DNA from: Alphaproteobacteria bacterium
GTDB lineage: Bacteria > Pseudomonadota > Alphaproteobacteria > UBA828
Length of the DNA: 64,000 nt
Assembly: GCA_965237415.1 (NCBI GenBank)
Contig: CBDEFM010000002.1
Coordinates: 2,144,001-2,208,000, forward strand
Reading direction: 5' to 3'
Below, in pieces: positions 1-10,486 of this stretch (position 1 is its first letter; every line of letters starts with the position of its first letter). The notes beneath the pieces were generated by a model that worked only from the letters and a program-made list of their open reading frames with translations, was not told the origin of the DNA and made no database searches. Made by a program: the position numbers and the translations under genes.

Positions 1-597
1 ACGGCGCGCGGCGCCCGAACCAGGGCCGCGCCGACGCCACGCACCCGCACGCTTCAGGGCCGGGCGTTGAGCTCCAGGCCGCGCCCTGCCGGGCACCGAC
101 CGGCGTGATGGGACCAATCCAGGATGAACGGGGGAGGTGAGCACCGGGGGCCGCGCGTGCCACGAGTAGTTGGCCGCGCTTGGCGACGATGCCTGCGGAT
201 CTGCCGGGGAAGCGCGCGAGTGCCGGCTGCATGTTCTCCATCGATCCATATCGGGCAGAAGCCCCGTCCACCGGACCGCTCCTGAACGTTTGACTGTCGC
301 CCGCACGCGTCGTTCGGCGGGTGTTTCTGGAGCCGAGGCGACACCAGACACGCAGAGCGCGCCGCATGCAGAACCGCATTCAATTCATTAGGGACACTCG
401 GGCACTTTGAAAAATGCCCACCGCAACAATCTTCATGCCGGAGCGACATGAGGACGTGCCCATCCGCATCGATACCGACCAGCGGCGTCTCCGACCCGCT
501 TGTCACGGAAGAGACCACCGTCCGCCGCTCCCGGTGCGCAGCCTTTCTGTTATAAGCTCATGAACCGACGGTTCCCCTCACCACCGGAGGCAGGTTC

Positions 598-888
598 ATG
601 GCCGACAGTTCCGCGACCAGGATCGACGAACGCGCCCTGACGAAGGGTCAGCGTCGCAAGCTCAATGCCTTGAGGAAGTCGGTGGGAGACGAGATCGGTG
701 CGCAGGCCTTCGCCGCCTGGCTCTCCTCGCAATCGGCGTCAGCGGCGGGCCCGACGGACGAGAACGCCACGCTGATCGTCGACACTCTTTGGCCTCTCGT
801 GCAGCAAGGCACTCTGGCGATCCCGCGCGGCGGCTACCTGCTCAGACGCGGACGCGGACGCATCATCGTCGAGCGCGCAAGCTCATAG
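598..888 (+). CDS. Small hypothetical protein (96 aa)
   Basis: ATG preceded by GGAGG; protein-like composition (ALTKGQRRKLNALRKSVGDEI...GGYLLRRGRGRIIVE); family not recognised. Confidence 0.65.
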   Translation: MADSSATRIDERALTKGQRRKLNALRKSVGDEIGAQAFAAWLSSQSASAAGPTDENATLIVDTLWPLVQQGTLAIPRGGYLLRRGRGRIIVERASS

Positions 889-1399
889 AGCGTCCCACAA
901 CGGCGCCGGCTTCATGACGGCCGCCGCCTCTCAAGCTCCGTCGGATGCGCGCTCTTTCCGGTGTCTGAGATCGACGGGACAAGAGCACCGCACCCCCGTC
1001 CATCTCGCTGGGGACCGAGCCGGAGAATCTCACCGCGCCGGTCGCAGCTGCTCACTCAGCCGACAGTCGCCATCCCTTCATGGCGCGCCACGCCGCCGCA
1101 GTGCTCCAGAGTACGGCGGCCGACAAGTGCCTCCCGTTCCTTCGCGTCTCCCCACCTCGACGCCTCGCAGCGACGCTGCTGCCAAGAGCCGTCGGACACG
1201 CGCGCGACTTCGATTCGCTGTGTTTGCCAATAGTTTTCCGAACGTGGACACGTCCGGGCACGGCAAATCTACGCTCCCCCGAATCACGCCCATTCCGCGC
1301 GGCCCAATCCATCACCTGCTCGGCCAGCTAACCGCTGACCGTCAGGTTACGCATCAGAGAGCACTTGTAACCCACTCATATCCTCCGCACGACATAGCC

Positions 1400-1560
1400 G
1401 CATCTTGCCACTTCGCGGACTCCGGCCTTGACGCACGGCGTGCATTCGGGTTGTGAAGGTTCTGAATGCCGCGATGGTGACGGTTTCCTCGCGCGCAAGA
1501 GCGTCGGTGATGGCCGATAACAGGGCAGCGGCCACGATATCGGCCGTGGCCGAGACGCCG
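1400..1560 (-). pseudogene. HU/IHF-family DNA-binding protein remnant
   Basis: Translation ADIVAAALLSAITDALAREETVTIAAFRTFTTRMHAVRQGRSPRSGK matches the HU core (V.I.GFGTF...R.GRNP.TG) with degenerate residues; N- and C-termini missing; boundaries approximate. Confidence 0.7.
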
Positions 1561-1603
1561 GCCGGGCGCAACGGCGGAATGGTGAGACGGAGCGGGGTAT
1601 ACC

Positions 1604-2782
1604 TCAGTATGTGTCGGGCTCTCCCATCTCGGCCAGTGCCTCGGCGGCCTCGGTGTCGCCCCGCGCGGCGGCCTGGCCGAACCAGTACCGGGCGAGCGCA
1701 AGGTCCTTGGGCACACCCTCTCCATACCGGTAGGTGATGCCGAGGTCGTACTCGGCGTCGGCGAGTCCGCTCTTCACCGCGCGGTCCAGCCACGCGTTCG
1801 CCTTGTCGATGTCCCGGGGCACGCCCTCGCCGTTGAAGTAGTAGATGGCGGTGATGCGCTGCTCGGTCTCGTCGCCCTGCTTCGCCGCCTCTTCGGACCA
1901 GTACGCCGCCTTCTTCAGGTCTTTGGGGTAACCGGGCGCACCCTCGTCGTACACGCCCGCGAGCTCACTCTGCGCGGTCGGGTTCCCCCGTCTCGCCGCG
2001 CGCTCCAGCAGGTCGAGCTCCCTGGCTCCGGGGATGTAGCGGTCGCTTCTCCCGAGCTGGTACTGCGCGTCTGCATTACCTTCTTTCGCCAAGGTCCGCG
2101 TGTGTCCGATCGCCTTCTCGAGACAGGGTGCGAGCGTGCGGTTATCGCAGCGCACCCCGATCACGCCCGCGAGGAACTCGCGCACGGTTCCGGGCGGAAT
2201 GACGCCGGCCATGTTCGCGGTCGATGTCTTCTGGATGCCGACGATATCGTCGTTCGGCGCGAGCACCGCGCCTCCGCTGAATCCGGCCTCGACCATGCGT
2301 TCCATCGGCAGCCGGTAGCTTGCCCTGGTGACGGAGTTCATCTCTTGCGTGGCGCGCAGCGTCGCGAACCGTTCTTTCGGATACCCCACCATGTGGAGCT
2401 GGTCGGCGCGCCCGAGCGGGACGGTGCGCGCGATGCGCAGGTGGCGCGGCATCGATTGCGCCGTCTCGAGCAGGGCGAGATCGTAGGTGGCGGAGATCGC
2501 GATGGGCCCGACGATGTCGACGGTCTCCTGCCCGCGGGCGCGGGTGAGCACGAGGGAAGTGCTGTCCTTGCGCACGAATTCGTAGAGGACATGGGCGTTG
2601 GTGAGTGCGTGCTTCGCCCCGACTGCGACCGCTGTCGCCTGGTTGCGCCGCTTCGTGTCGATGATCTTCCAGACCGCCTGATGGGCGGGATTGTCGGATG
2701 CGTCTTGCGCGGGCTGTGCCGCCGCTACCGTACCCACCGCGATTCCGAGCAGCAGTGCGACCGCGCCTGCAATCCGCTTCAC
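1604..2782 (-). CDS. Secreted trypsin-like serine protease with C-terminal Sel1-like repeats
   Basis: Signal peptide; triad motifs LTNAHV (His), YDLALL (Asp), GFSGG (Ser); several Sel1 repeats (AQYQLG, YFNGEGVPRDIDKA..W, YRYGEGVPKDLALA..W). Confidence 0.85.
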   Translation of the reverse strand: MKRIAGAVALLLGIAVGTVAAAQPAQDASDNPAHQAVWKIIDTKRRNQATAVAVGAKHALTNAHVLYEFVRKDSTSLVLTRARGQETVDIVGPIAISATYDLALLETAQSMPRHLRIARTVPLGRADQLHMVGYPKERFATLRATQEMNSVTRASYRLPMERMVEAGFSGGAVLAPNDDIVGIQKTSTANMAGVIPPGTVREFLAGVIGVRCDNRTLAPCLEKAIGHTRTLAKEGNADAQYQLGRSDRYIPGARELDLLERAARRGNPTAQSELAGVYDEGAPGYPKDLKKAAYWSEEAAKQGDETEQRITAIYYFNGEGVPRDIDKANAWLDRAVKSGLADAEYDLGITYRYGEGVPKDLALARYWFGQAAARGDTEAAEALAEMGEPDTY

Positions 2783-2998
2783 CGGCCGTCCTCCCGTCCT
2801 GGTGCCCCGTGTTCGACTCTACAACCCATCCGTCTCGACACGACAAGTTCCTGCCTGCGGGTCGTTCCGGTCATGCATCCGTCCTCGCTCCCGAACGACC
2901 CATGGCCCTGGCGTCACCACCGCCGCGTGGTCCGGCGTGGAGGAGCGAGACGCGATTCGCGCCGGCCGGTGTGTGCGTAATGCTCCAGCGATACCCGT

Positions 2999-3472
2999 CA
3001 CGGGAAAGCGCTCGAACAGGCCGTCACGAACCATCCGGTTGCCGCCGCACTCCTCGTCGCCCGTCTCTTCTGCCGGCTGGAAGATGAAGCGGACGGTGCC
3101 GTCGAAGCGCCTATTCCGCGACAGGTACCTGGCGGCGCCGAGGAGCATGGTCGAGTGCCCGTCGTGGCCGCAGGCGTGCATCTTGCCGTCGTTCCGGGAA
3201 CGATGCGCGAAGTCGTTCTCCTCCTGCAGAAGCAGCGCGTCCATGTCGGCCCGGAGAGCGATGGCCCTCCCGCTGGTACCGCGTGTCAGCGTCGCCACCA
3301 CGCCCGTGCCGGCGAGGCCCCGGTGCACGTCGAGCCCGAAGCCCGACAGCTTCTCGGCGATGAAATCCGAAGTGCGATGTTCCTCGAAGGCAGTCTCGGG
3401 ATGCTCGTGCAGGTCGCGCCGCCACGCCGTCAGCTCCTCGTGCATCTCTCCAATGTCACGCATCAGATCCAT
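2999..3472 (-). pseudogene. Truncated M20D amidohydrolase (hippurate hydrolase-like), N-terminal ~160 aa only
   Basis: WRRDLHEHPETAFEE, ALRADMDAL, MHACGHDGH and FQPAEE motifs; similarity ends after DGLFERFPV and the ORF runs into unrelated sequence to a stop at 2819. Confidence 0.8.
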
Positions 3473-3569
3473 GATGGGGTGCCCTCCGAGCCATTCTTCC
3501 GCGCATGATCCGACACCAGTGGCGAGCGGACACCGCAGCCGGCACAACCCTATCCACTATCGCCGAGCA

Positions 3570-3625
3570 TGTATCGTACATTACAGAATAATTAATATTG
3601 GCCACACATGTAACGTTCGAGTACA
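3570..3625. promoter_or_regulatory. AT-rich divergent promoter region with two TGTA-N8/9-TACA palindromes (candidate RpiR operators)
   Basis: tgtatcgtacattaca (3570-3585) and tgtaacgttcgagtaca (3609-3625) between the divergent M20 and SBP genes. Confidence 0.45.
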
Positions 3626-3710
3626 TTGACGATGTCGGTCGCCTGAGACCCTGGGGTCGGACTGGACGGGCCGTCGAAACAGGGACCAATAACCAATAGG
3701 GAGGAGCGTC

Positions 3711-4979
3711 ATGCTGAGCATCGGCATAGGAAAGCGCGTCCTGCGCGGAGCGAGGCTGGGTGGCATGGCCGCTCTAGCGCTCGCAATCGCCTCCGGCTTT
3801 TCGATCGGCGAGGCATCTGCCGAAGACAAGCTGGTGAAGATCGGCGTTCTCGCCGCCTTGACCGGCCCTGGTGCCGCAGATGGCGAGGAGACGGTACGCG
3901 GCGCCACAATGGCGTTGGAGGAGTTCCAGGCTGCCGGCGGCATGCCGGGCTACACCTTCGAAATTGAGGTCTCGGACATACGCGATCAGACGTCGGACGC
4001 GGTGATGAGCGGCGTCGAGCGCCTGATGAACGACGACGCGGTCGATTTCATCATGACCGGCTATGCCAGCCTCTCGAACTTCGAGATCGAGTTCATGCGC
4101 GAGGAGGAGATGCCCTACTTCGTCGCGGCCAACTCGCAGCAGACCCGGGAGATCGTGAGCAAGGACCCGGACGCCTACTGGATGGTCTGGTCGCTGACCC
4201 CGTCATACGACGCCTACGAGACCGAGATGCTTCCGGTGGTGGAGGGACTTGCCGCCGGCGGCAAGATCGAGCTCAAGAACAAGAAGCTCGCCATCATCTC
4301 GTCCGACAACGCCTATTCCAAGACGATCTACAACGGGTTGAAAAAGAGCTTCTCCGGCGCCGGCTGGGAGATCGTCGTCGACGAGGTGATTCCGAGCGGC
4401 GAAGTCAACGACTGGCGGGCGTTTCTCGCTAAGGTCCGGCAGGACCCGCCTGACCTCGTGGTCAACACGGATTGGGTGCCGGCCAACGCGTCTACGTTCA
4501 TCACGCAGTTCCTCGAGGACCCGACCGACAGTCTGGTGTTCATCCAGTACGGACCGTCTGTGCCGGAGTTCCTCGACCTGACCAAGGACAAGGCCAATGG
4601 CGTCATCTACAACCTGCTCGGCGGCCATGTTCCCACCATTCCCCGCACCAAGGAGGTGATGGCGAAATACGAGGAGCGCTGGGGCTCGGCCCCCGGTCCC
4701 TATGGGGTTGCTCTCTACGAGATGATGCAGCTCTACCTGGAGGCCGTGCAGAAGGCGGGCGATCCGACCGATCGCCGGGCAATGGCGCAAGCGATTTCAG
4801 AGACGGACAAGCTCGTCTCGGAGGGCCGGCTGGCGTTCGATCCGGCCACCCATCTCGCGCGCCAGGGCAACGACTACATCCCGATCACGTTCTATCAGAT
4901 CTGGGACGGTGAGCGGACGCTGTTCTATCCGGACCAGTGGTCGAACGGCGAGTTCAGGCGCCCGCCCTGGATGCAGTAA
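3711..4979 (+). CDS. Liv-type (HAAT family) ABC transporter substrate-binding protein
   Basis: GGAGGAG RBS, signal peptide, VKIGVLAALTGPGAADG motif; first gene of an ABC operon. Confidence 0.88.
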   Translation: MLSIGIGKRVLRGARLGGMAALALAIASGFSIGEASAEDKLVKIGVLAALTGPGAADGEETVRGATMALEEFQAAGGMPGYTFEIEVSDIRDQTSDAVMSGVERLMNDDAVDFIMTGYASLSNFEIEFMREEEMPYFVAANSQQTREIVSKDPDAYWMVWSLTPSYDAYETEMLPVVEGLAAGGKIELKNKKLAIISSDNAYSKTIYNGLKKSFSGAGWEIVVDEVIPSGEVNDWRAFLAKVRQDPPDLVVNTDWVPANASTFITQFLEDPTDSLVFIQYGPSVPEFLDLTKDKANGVIYNLLGGHVPTIPRTKEVMAKYEERWGSAPGPYGVALYEMMQLYLEAVQKAGDPTDRRAMAQAISETDKLVSEGRLAFDPATHLARQGNDYIPITFYQIWDGERTLFYPDQWSNGEFRRPPWMQ

Positions 4980-5053
4980 GCGGTTCCAGTCGTCGCCCGG
5001 CCACCCTGCGCGGTGGCCGGGCGGCGGCCGCATTCTTCCTGTAGTCTTCCGTC

Positions 5054-5794
5054 GTGGATTCGATCCTCGTCGCCGACAGCGTCTCCAAGTCGTTCGGCTC
5101 GCTGCGCGCCGTCGACGACGTGTCGTTCTCGGTCGCGCAGGGCGAAATATTCGGCATTGCCGGCCCCAACGGCAGCGGCAAGAGCACGCTGTTCAACATC
5201 GTCACGTCCATCCCCTTTCCGGCGGATGCCGGTCGCGTCGTCTTTGAGGGGAAAGACATCCAGCGCATGCGCGCCAACAGGATATGCCGATCGGGCTTGG
5301 CCCGTACCTTCCAGAAGGAAACCGCATTCGACACGCTGTCGACGCTCGACAATGTGATCCTCGGCTCGACCTATGGCCGGGGCACGGACGACAGCGCGGA
5401 GAGCCGGAGGCAGGCCAGCGAGACCCTGGAGTTCGTCGGGATCGGCGCGGACCAGTTCGAAAGGCCCGCGGCGGAGCTCTCCGTATTCGACAAGAAGCGC
5501 CTGATGATCGCGTCCGCCATCGTCACGGAGCCGCGCGTGCTCCTGCTCGACGAGCCCGCATCGGGCCTGACCAAGCCGGAGATCGACGAAACGATCGATC
5601 TGATCCGGCGTCTGAACGAGCGCGGCGTTACGCTGCTCGTCATCGAGCATGTGTTGCCGCTGCTGCTGACGGTGTCGGCGCGTCTGCTCGTGCTCAATCA
5701 CGGGAGCGAGCTCGTCACCGGCACGCCCGACGACGTCATCCGGGATCCCCTTGTCGTGGAAGCCTATCTTGGGTCCCGGGCACGCCATGGGTAA
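5054..5794 (+). CDS. ABC ATP-binding protein (LivG-like)
   Basis: Walker A GPNGSGKST, ARTFQ, LLLDEP, IEH, V.EAYLG. Confidence 0.9.
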   Translation: MDSILVADSVSKSFGSLRAVDDVSFSVAQGEIFGIAGPNGSGKSTLFNIVTSIPFPADAGRVVFEGKDIQRMRANRICRSGLARTFQKETAFDTLSTLDNVILGSTYGRGTDDSAESRRQASETLEFVGIGADQFERPAAELSVFDKKRLMIASAIVTEPRVLLLDEPASGLTKPEIDETIDLIRRLNERGVTLLVIEHVLPLLLTVSARLLVLNHGSELVTGTPDDVIRDPLVVEAYLGSRARHG

Positions 5795-6534
5795 TGGCGA
5801 GGTACCGGCAGCTCATGGCTGAGCCGATCCTCGACGTCCGCGCGCTCTCGGTGGGCTACGGCAAGACCCAGGTCCTCTGGGACATCAGCCTCACGGTGCC
5901 CGAGGATCAGCGGATCGGTCTGTTCGGCCCCAACGGACACGGCAAGACGACCCTGCTGCGTACGATCTCCGGCCTGCTCAGGCCCTGGAGCGGCGAGGTC
6001 CATCTCAGGGGCGAGCGGATCGACAAGGCATTGCCGCGCGCCATCGTCGATCGAGGCGTCGTCCAGGTGCCGCAGGGAAACGTGCTCTTTCCTGAGCTCA
6101 CGGTGGCGGAAAACCTGAGACTGGGCGCCTATTGCCGGCGGGCCCGGCCGCGGTTGGCCGACAATCTGGCGCGGGTCTACGGCTTGTTTCCACGCCTCAA
6201 GGAGCGTCGGCGCCAGCAGGCGAAGACCCTTTCCGGCGGCGAACGCCAGATGCTCGCGATCGGCGCGGGCCTCATGGGCGAGCCGACGATGCTCATGCTG
6301 GACGAGCCGACACTCGGCCTCGCGCCGAAGCTGAAGGACGAGTTGTTGCAGGCAATCGCGGAAATCTCGCGCTCGGGCGTGCCGTTGATGCTGGTGGAGC
6401 AAGATCTGGAGTTCCTGCTCGCGCTCACGGACCGCCTCTACATGATCAACCACGGCGTGGTCGCGCTCGACCTCGACGCCAGCGAAGGGTTCGATCACGA
6501 CCAGATCATTCAGATGTATTTCGGCAAGGAGTGA
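5794..6534 (+). CDS. ABC ATP-binding protein (LivF-like)
   Basis: GPNGHGKTT, LSGGERQMLAIG, MLDEPTLGLAP; TAATG overlap with upstream stop (alternative start 5815). Confidence 0.88.
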   Translation: MARYRQLMAEPILDVRALSVGYGKTQVLWDISLTVPEDQRIGLFGPNGHGKTTLLRTISGLLRPWSGEVHLRGERIDKALPRAIVDRGVVQVPQGNVLFPELTVAENLRLGAYCRRARPRLADNLARVYGLFPRLKERRRQQAKTLSGGERQMLAIGAGLMGEPTMLMLDEPTLGLAPKLKDELLQAIAEISRSGVPLMLVEQDLEFLLALTDRLYMINHGVVALDLDASEGFDHDQIIQMYFGKE

Positions 6535-6537
6535 CGC

Positions 6538-7413
6538 GTGGACATTGGCACCGCGCAATCGGTCCTGCTGAGCGGCATCGTCCTCGGCTCGCTCTACGCC
6601 CTGATGGCGACCGGCCTCTCCCTCATCTGGACCACGCTCGGCATCTTCAACTTCGCCCACGGCGTGTTCATGACGATCGGCGCTTTCGTCGCCTGGCAGA
6701 TCGGCGCCGACCTGGGCTGGGGTATGGGGCCGGCGGCAGGCATCGCCGTCGCCATTGCCGCCCTGATCGGCCTGGGCTGCCTCTCGGAGTTCATTCTGGT
6801 CCGCCCGTTCCTGCGCCGGCCCGATGTGGTCCTCGTTGCGGTGATGACGACGCTGAGTGCCGCCATCTTCCTGGAGAACTCGGCTCTCCTGGTATGGGGT
6901 GGGCGTTACAAGCAGCTTCCTCCCCTGATCGAGGGCAAGGTGGGCATGCTGTCGACAGCGATCTCGACCCACGAGGTGCTGATCATTGCGGTGGCGCCGC
7001 TTACCTTGTTCGCGCTCTGGGCCTTCCTCAAGTTCACGCGCACCGGTTCTGCGATCCGCGCCGTTGCGCAGAACCGGGAATCGGCGCTCCTCATGGGCAT
7101 GAACGTGCCGCTGCTCTACAGCTTGGCGTTCGGGCTCTCGGCGGCGCTCGCCGGCTTTGCCGGCATACTGCTCGGCTCCATCCGCTTCATCACGCCGGGG
7201 CTCGGAAACGAGCCGCTGGTGAAGGCGCTGATCGTCGCCATCTTCGGCGGTCTCGGCAGCCTCGGCGGCACCATCGGCGCGGCCTACGTCATCGGCCTGA
7301 TGGAAGCAATCAGCATGTTCTTCATCGGGCTCTACTGGACGCCTGCGGTCCTTTTCGGCGTGATGATCCTGGTGCTGCTGGGCCGGCCGACCGGCCTGTT
7401 CGGCAAGCGGTAG
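6538..7413 (+). CDS. ABC permease (LivH-like)
   Basis: GSLYALMATGLSLIW...FNFAHG, TG.AIRAVAQN, RPTGLFG; hydrophobic. Confidence 0.9.
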   Translation: MDIGTAQSVLLSGIVLGSLYALMATGLSLIWTTLGIFNFAHGVFMTIGAFVAWQIGADLGWGMGPAAGIAVAIAALIGLGCLSEFILVRPFLRRPDVVLVAVMTTLSAAIFLENSALLVWGGRYKQLPPLIEGKVGMLSTAISTHEVLIIAVAPLTLFALWAFLKFTRTGSAIRAVAQNRESALLMGMNVPLLYSLAFGLSAALAGFAGILLGSIRFITPGLGNEPLVKALIVAIFGGLGSLGGTIGAAYVIGLMEAISMFFIGLYWTPAVLFGVMILVLLGRPTGLFGKR

Positions 7414-7419
7414 GGCGCG

Positions 7420-8415
7420 ATGCGTGAGTTGCTCACCGGGCCGAACCTGGCGAGGCTGATCTGCCTCCTCATCCTGATCCTGCTACCGCTCGTCATCCCT
7501 TCACCTTATATCCGCCACCTGCTGATCATCGCCTTCATCTACGCGATTGTCGCGTCGAATTGGGATCTGAGTCTGGGATATGCCGGCGTGTTCAACTTCG
7601 GCCACATCGCCTTCTTTGCGGCCGGCGTCTATGGCTCGGCGATCATGTCGAAGACGATCGGCATCACGCCCTGGCTAACGATTCCCCTTGCGGGGGTGGT
7701 CGGCGTCATCGCTGCGCTGATCGTCTGCCTGCCGGTGCTGCGGCTGAAGGGCATCTACGTCGTGCTGGTCACCTTCGCCTTCAGCCAACTCTGCTTTCAG
7801 CTTGTCCTGAGCCAGGAGGAGATCACTGGCGGTTCCATGGGCATGCCGCTGCTGCCGCCGCTCAAGATCGGGGACTACAATTTCGCCCGCGACGGCAAGT
7901 TCGGCTACTACTACGTCGGACTGTTCCTGCTTGTCCTCTCCACCATCTACCTCCACCGTCTGGTCCATTCGCGCTTCGGCACGAGCATCATCGCTCTGCG
8001 TGACAACGAGGACTATGCGATCAGCCGAGGCATCTCACTGGCACGCCAGCGCATGCTCACGCTAGGCCTGAGCGCATTCTTCACTGGCGTCGCAGGGGGC
8101 TTCTATTCGACATACGTGCGGGTCGCCTCGCCGGAAATTTTCGGGTTCGGCTTCCTGTCTCTGGCGCTCTCGATGCTGCTGTTAGGCGGGCTCAACAGCA
8201 TCTATGGACCAATTCTCGGCGCCTTCGTGATCACGCTTCTGTCGGAAGCGATGGTCGACCTTGGGCCGATGCGCTTCCTCATCATCTCGGCACTCATCAT
8301 CCTGATGCTGCTGTTCTATCCGGGCGGCCTCATCAATGCTCTTCAGCAGACGTCATCTTTGTTTTCAAAGTCCGGTATGGCCGTAAAGTACATTCGAAGG
8401 CTTGTAGGAAGATGA
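7420..8415 (+). CDS. ABC permease (LivM-like)
   Basis: GYAGVFNFGHIAFFA.G.Y, LRLKGIY, A.RDNE, PGG motifs. Confidence 0.9.
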   Translation: MRELLTGPNLARLICLLILILLPLVIPSPYIRHLLIIAFIYAIVASNWDLSLGYAGVFNFGHIAFFAAGVYGSAIMSKTIGITPWLTIPLAGVVGVIAALIVCLPVLRLKGIYVVLVTFAFSQLCFQLVLSQEEITGGSMGMPLLPPLKIGDYNFARDGKFGYYYVGLFLLVLSTIYLHRLVHSRFGTSIIALRDNEDYAISRGISLARQRMLTLGLSAFFTGVAGGFYSTYVRVASPEIFGFGFLSLALSMLLLGGLNSIYGPILGAFVITLLSEAMVDLGPMRFLIISALIILMLLFYPGGLINALQQTSSLFSKSGMAVKYIRRLVGR

Positions 8416-8815
8416 TGTTCTCTACGTGCGCGACAGGACAAATTACTTCGTGTGGGACTGCCTTTTATGGACGCGTTGGAGGTTCGAACCTTATCGCCGC
8501 CAACCCGCCGAACCTGCCTCTGCGTCTACCACCGTACCCACGTTGCGAACGCTTATTGGATACACACGGTGAAGTCCCCTACGAGATCCGTATACCCCTC
8601 GTCCTCGAAAATACCAGCCGCAGAAAGAGACAATGCGCAGCAGACTTGCACCCGTGCACGATGCAGCCGCCGAAGAGCCTCTCGGCCGACTGACGGTGTC
8701 CTCGCCATATCCTTGGCCACCCGCAGGAGACAGGACCGAGCAGTAAATAGCTTTCCAAATGGACGAGCCGGTGAGGACCGGTCAGGGTAACAAACGAACC
8801 AAGGAGACCGATCAC

Positions 8816-10243
8816 ATGAGCATAGAACTGGAACAATATGACGCCTTGGGTCTGGCTGAACTCGTGGCGCGTAAGGAAGTTAAGCCGATCGAGCTGGTGG
8901 AAGCAGCGATCGAGCGGATCGAACGCGTCAATCCCGAACTCAACTGCGTGATGTTCAAAAACTATGACGCGGCGCGCGCGGCCGCCGAGCAGCCGCTTCC
9001 CGACGGGCCGTTCACCGGCGTGCCCCTGCTCCTCAAGGATCTGTTGACGGCATACCGGGGCCTCCCGCTGACGGGCGGCTGCCGTTACCTCCAGGACTTC
9101 GTCGCGCCCGACGACAGTGTCATTGCCGAGCGCATCGCCGAGGGCGGCTTCATCCGCCTGGCGAAGACCGTCACGCCTGAGATGGGCTATTGCGTCGCAT
9201 CCGAGCCGCCGCTCTACCCGCCGGCGCGCAACCCGTGGAATCCCGATCATACGCCGGGCGGTTCCAGCGGCGGCTCGGGCGCCGCCGTGGCTGCACGCAT
9301 TCTGCCCCTGGCGACCGCCAACGATGGCGGCGGATCGACCCGCATCCCCGCCTCGAACAACGGCCTGGTGGGGCTCAAGCAGTCGCGTGGCCGCACCACG
9401 ACGGCGCCGCTCTACGCGGATCTCTGGTACGGCTGTGTGGTCGAGGGTTGCGTGTCGCTGAGCGTGCGCGACCACGCGGCCTACCACGACCTGACCCAGT
9501 ATGCCGTACCCGGCGACGCCAACGCGCACGCGCGGCCCGAGACGCCGTTCCTGGACGAAGTCGGCAAGGATCCCGGCCGCCTCAAGATCGGGCTGATCAC
9601 GAAGGCCGCCAACGGACGGCCGGTCCATCCGGAGTGTGTGGCGGCGGCGAACAACGCGGCCAGGCTGTGCGCGTCGATGGGCCACGCGATCGAAGAGGTG
9701 GAGTACAGCTTCGATTTCGATGCGCTGGGGGAGGTCTTTTCGCGCATCGCCTGCGCGGCGACGGCGGCCGGCATCCACAGCCTGGAGCCGGTGATGGGAC
9801 GCCCGCCGGGGGAGGGCGAGCTGGGCAACGTGATCCGGGAGATGGTCGAGCGCGGCGAGCGAATTGGCGCTCCGGCCCTGGCCCAGGACATCGAGGCCAT
9901 GCACATGGTGGGCTGGACCATCGCCGGGAACTGCGCACCCTACGACGTGGTCATCACCCCGACCATGCCCAACCCGCCTCACCGGGTCGGCTACTACGAC
10001 ATGTCCCTGCCGTTCAAGAAGTACAACAACGAGCTCTTGATGCCCGAGGTCGTCTTCACGTTGCCGCACAACGTCAGCGGCCTGCCGGCCATCTCGCTGC
10101 CGCTGCACTGGAGCGCGGACGGCCTGCCCTGCGGCGTGCAATTCATCGCAAGCCACGCAAACGACGCGCTCCTGTTTCGCCTGGCGGCGCGCCTGGAGGA
10201 GGCGCAGCCCTGGTTCGACGCACTACCCCCCGTCCACGCCTGA
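8816..10243 (+). CDS. Amidase signature (AS) family enzyme
   Basis: AAGGAG RBS before ATG 8816; GVPLLLKDL (Lys), [19 protein letters not shown]; GLP.GVQ C-terminal motif. Confidence 0.9.
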   Translation: MSIELEQYDALGLAELVARKEVKPIELVEAAIERIERVNPELNCVMFKNYDAARAAAEQPLPDGPFTGVPLLLKDLLTAYRGLPLTGGCRYLQDFVAPDDSVIAERIAEGGFIRLAKTVTPEMGYCVASEPPLYPPARNPWNPDHTPGGSSGGSGAAVAARILPLATANDGGGSTRIPASNNGLVGLKQSRGRTTTAPLYADLWYGCVVEGCVSLSVRDHAAYHDLTQYAVPGDANAHARPETPFLDEVGKDPGRLKIGLITKAANGRPVHPECVAAANNAARLCASMGHAIEEVEYSFDFDALGEVFSRIACAATAAGIHSLEPVMGRPPGEGELGNVIREMVERGERIGAPALAQDIEAMHMVGWTIAGNCAPYDVVITPTMPNPPHRVGYYDMSLPFKKYNNELLMPEVVFTLPHNVSGLPAISLPLHWSADGLPCGVQFIASHANDALLFRLAARLEEAQPWFDALPPVHA

Positions 10244-10486
10244 GGCCTCGGCGCTCTGACCTCGCAGGCATTGGTATCGCCGCTGCGAGTACCGCGTGCA
10301 GCAACGGGATTGGATCAGCCGGGCAATGGAACCGATATCTACCAACCTCGTCGCTATGGTTTTTCCAGTTGACCGGTTGCCGCGAGCCGGCGAGTCAGGC
10401 TCTGAATCGATTCGAGCAGGGTCTTCGCATAAGGCTCGTGAGCCCGACGAGGTCGTTCCATACGAGATAGATCAGCTCGCCGCTCG

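Noticed and set aside
54-518. Possible gene or transposase relic at the window start
   Set aside because: No recognisable motif, RBS or terminal repeat.
8412-8790. Small ORFs or an ncRNA in the 400-bp gap before the amidase
   Set aside because: No family motif or convincing structure; cannot be supported by eye.
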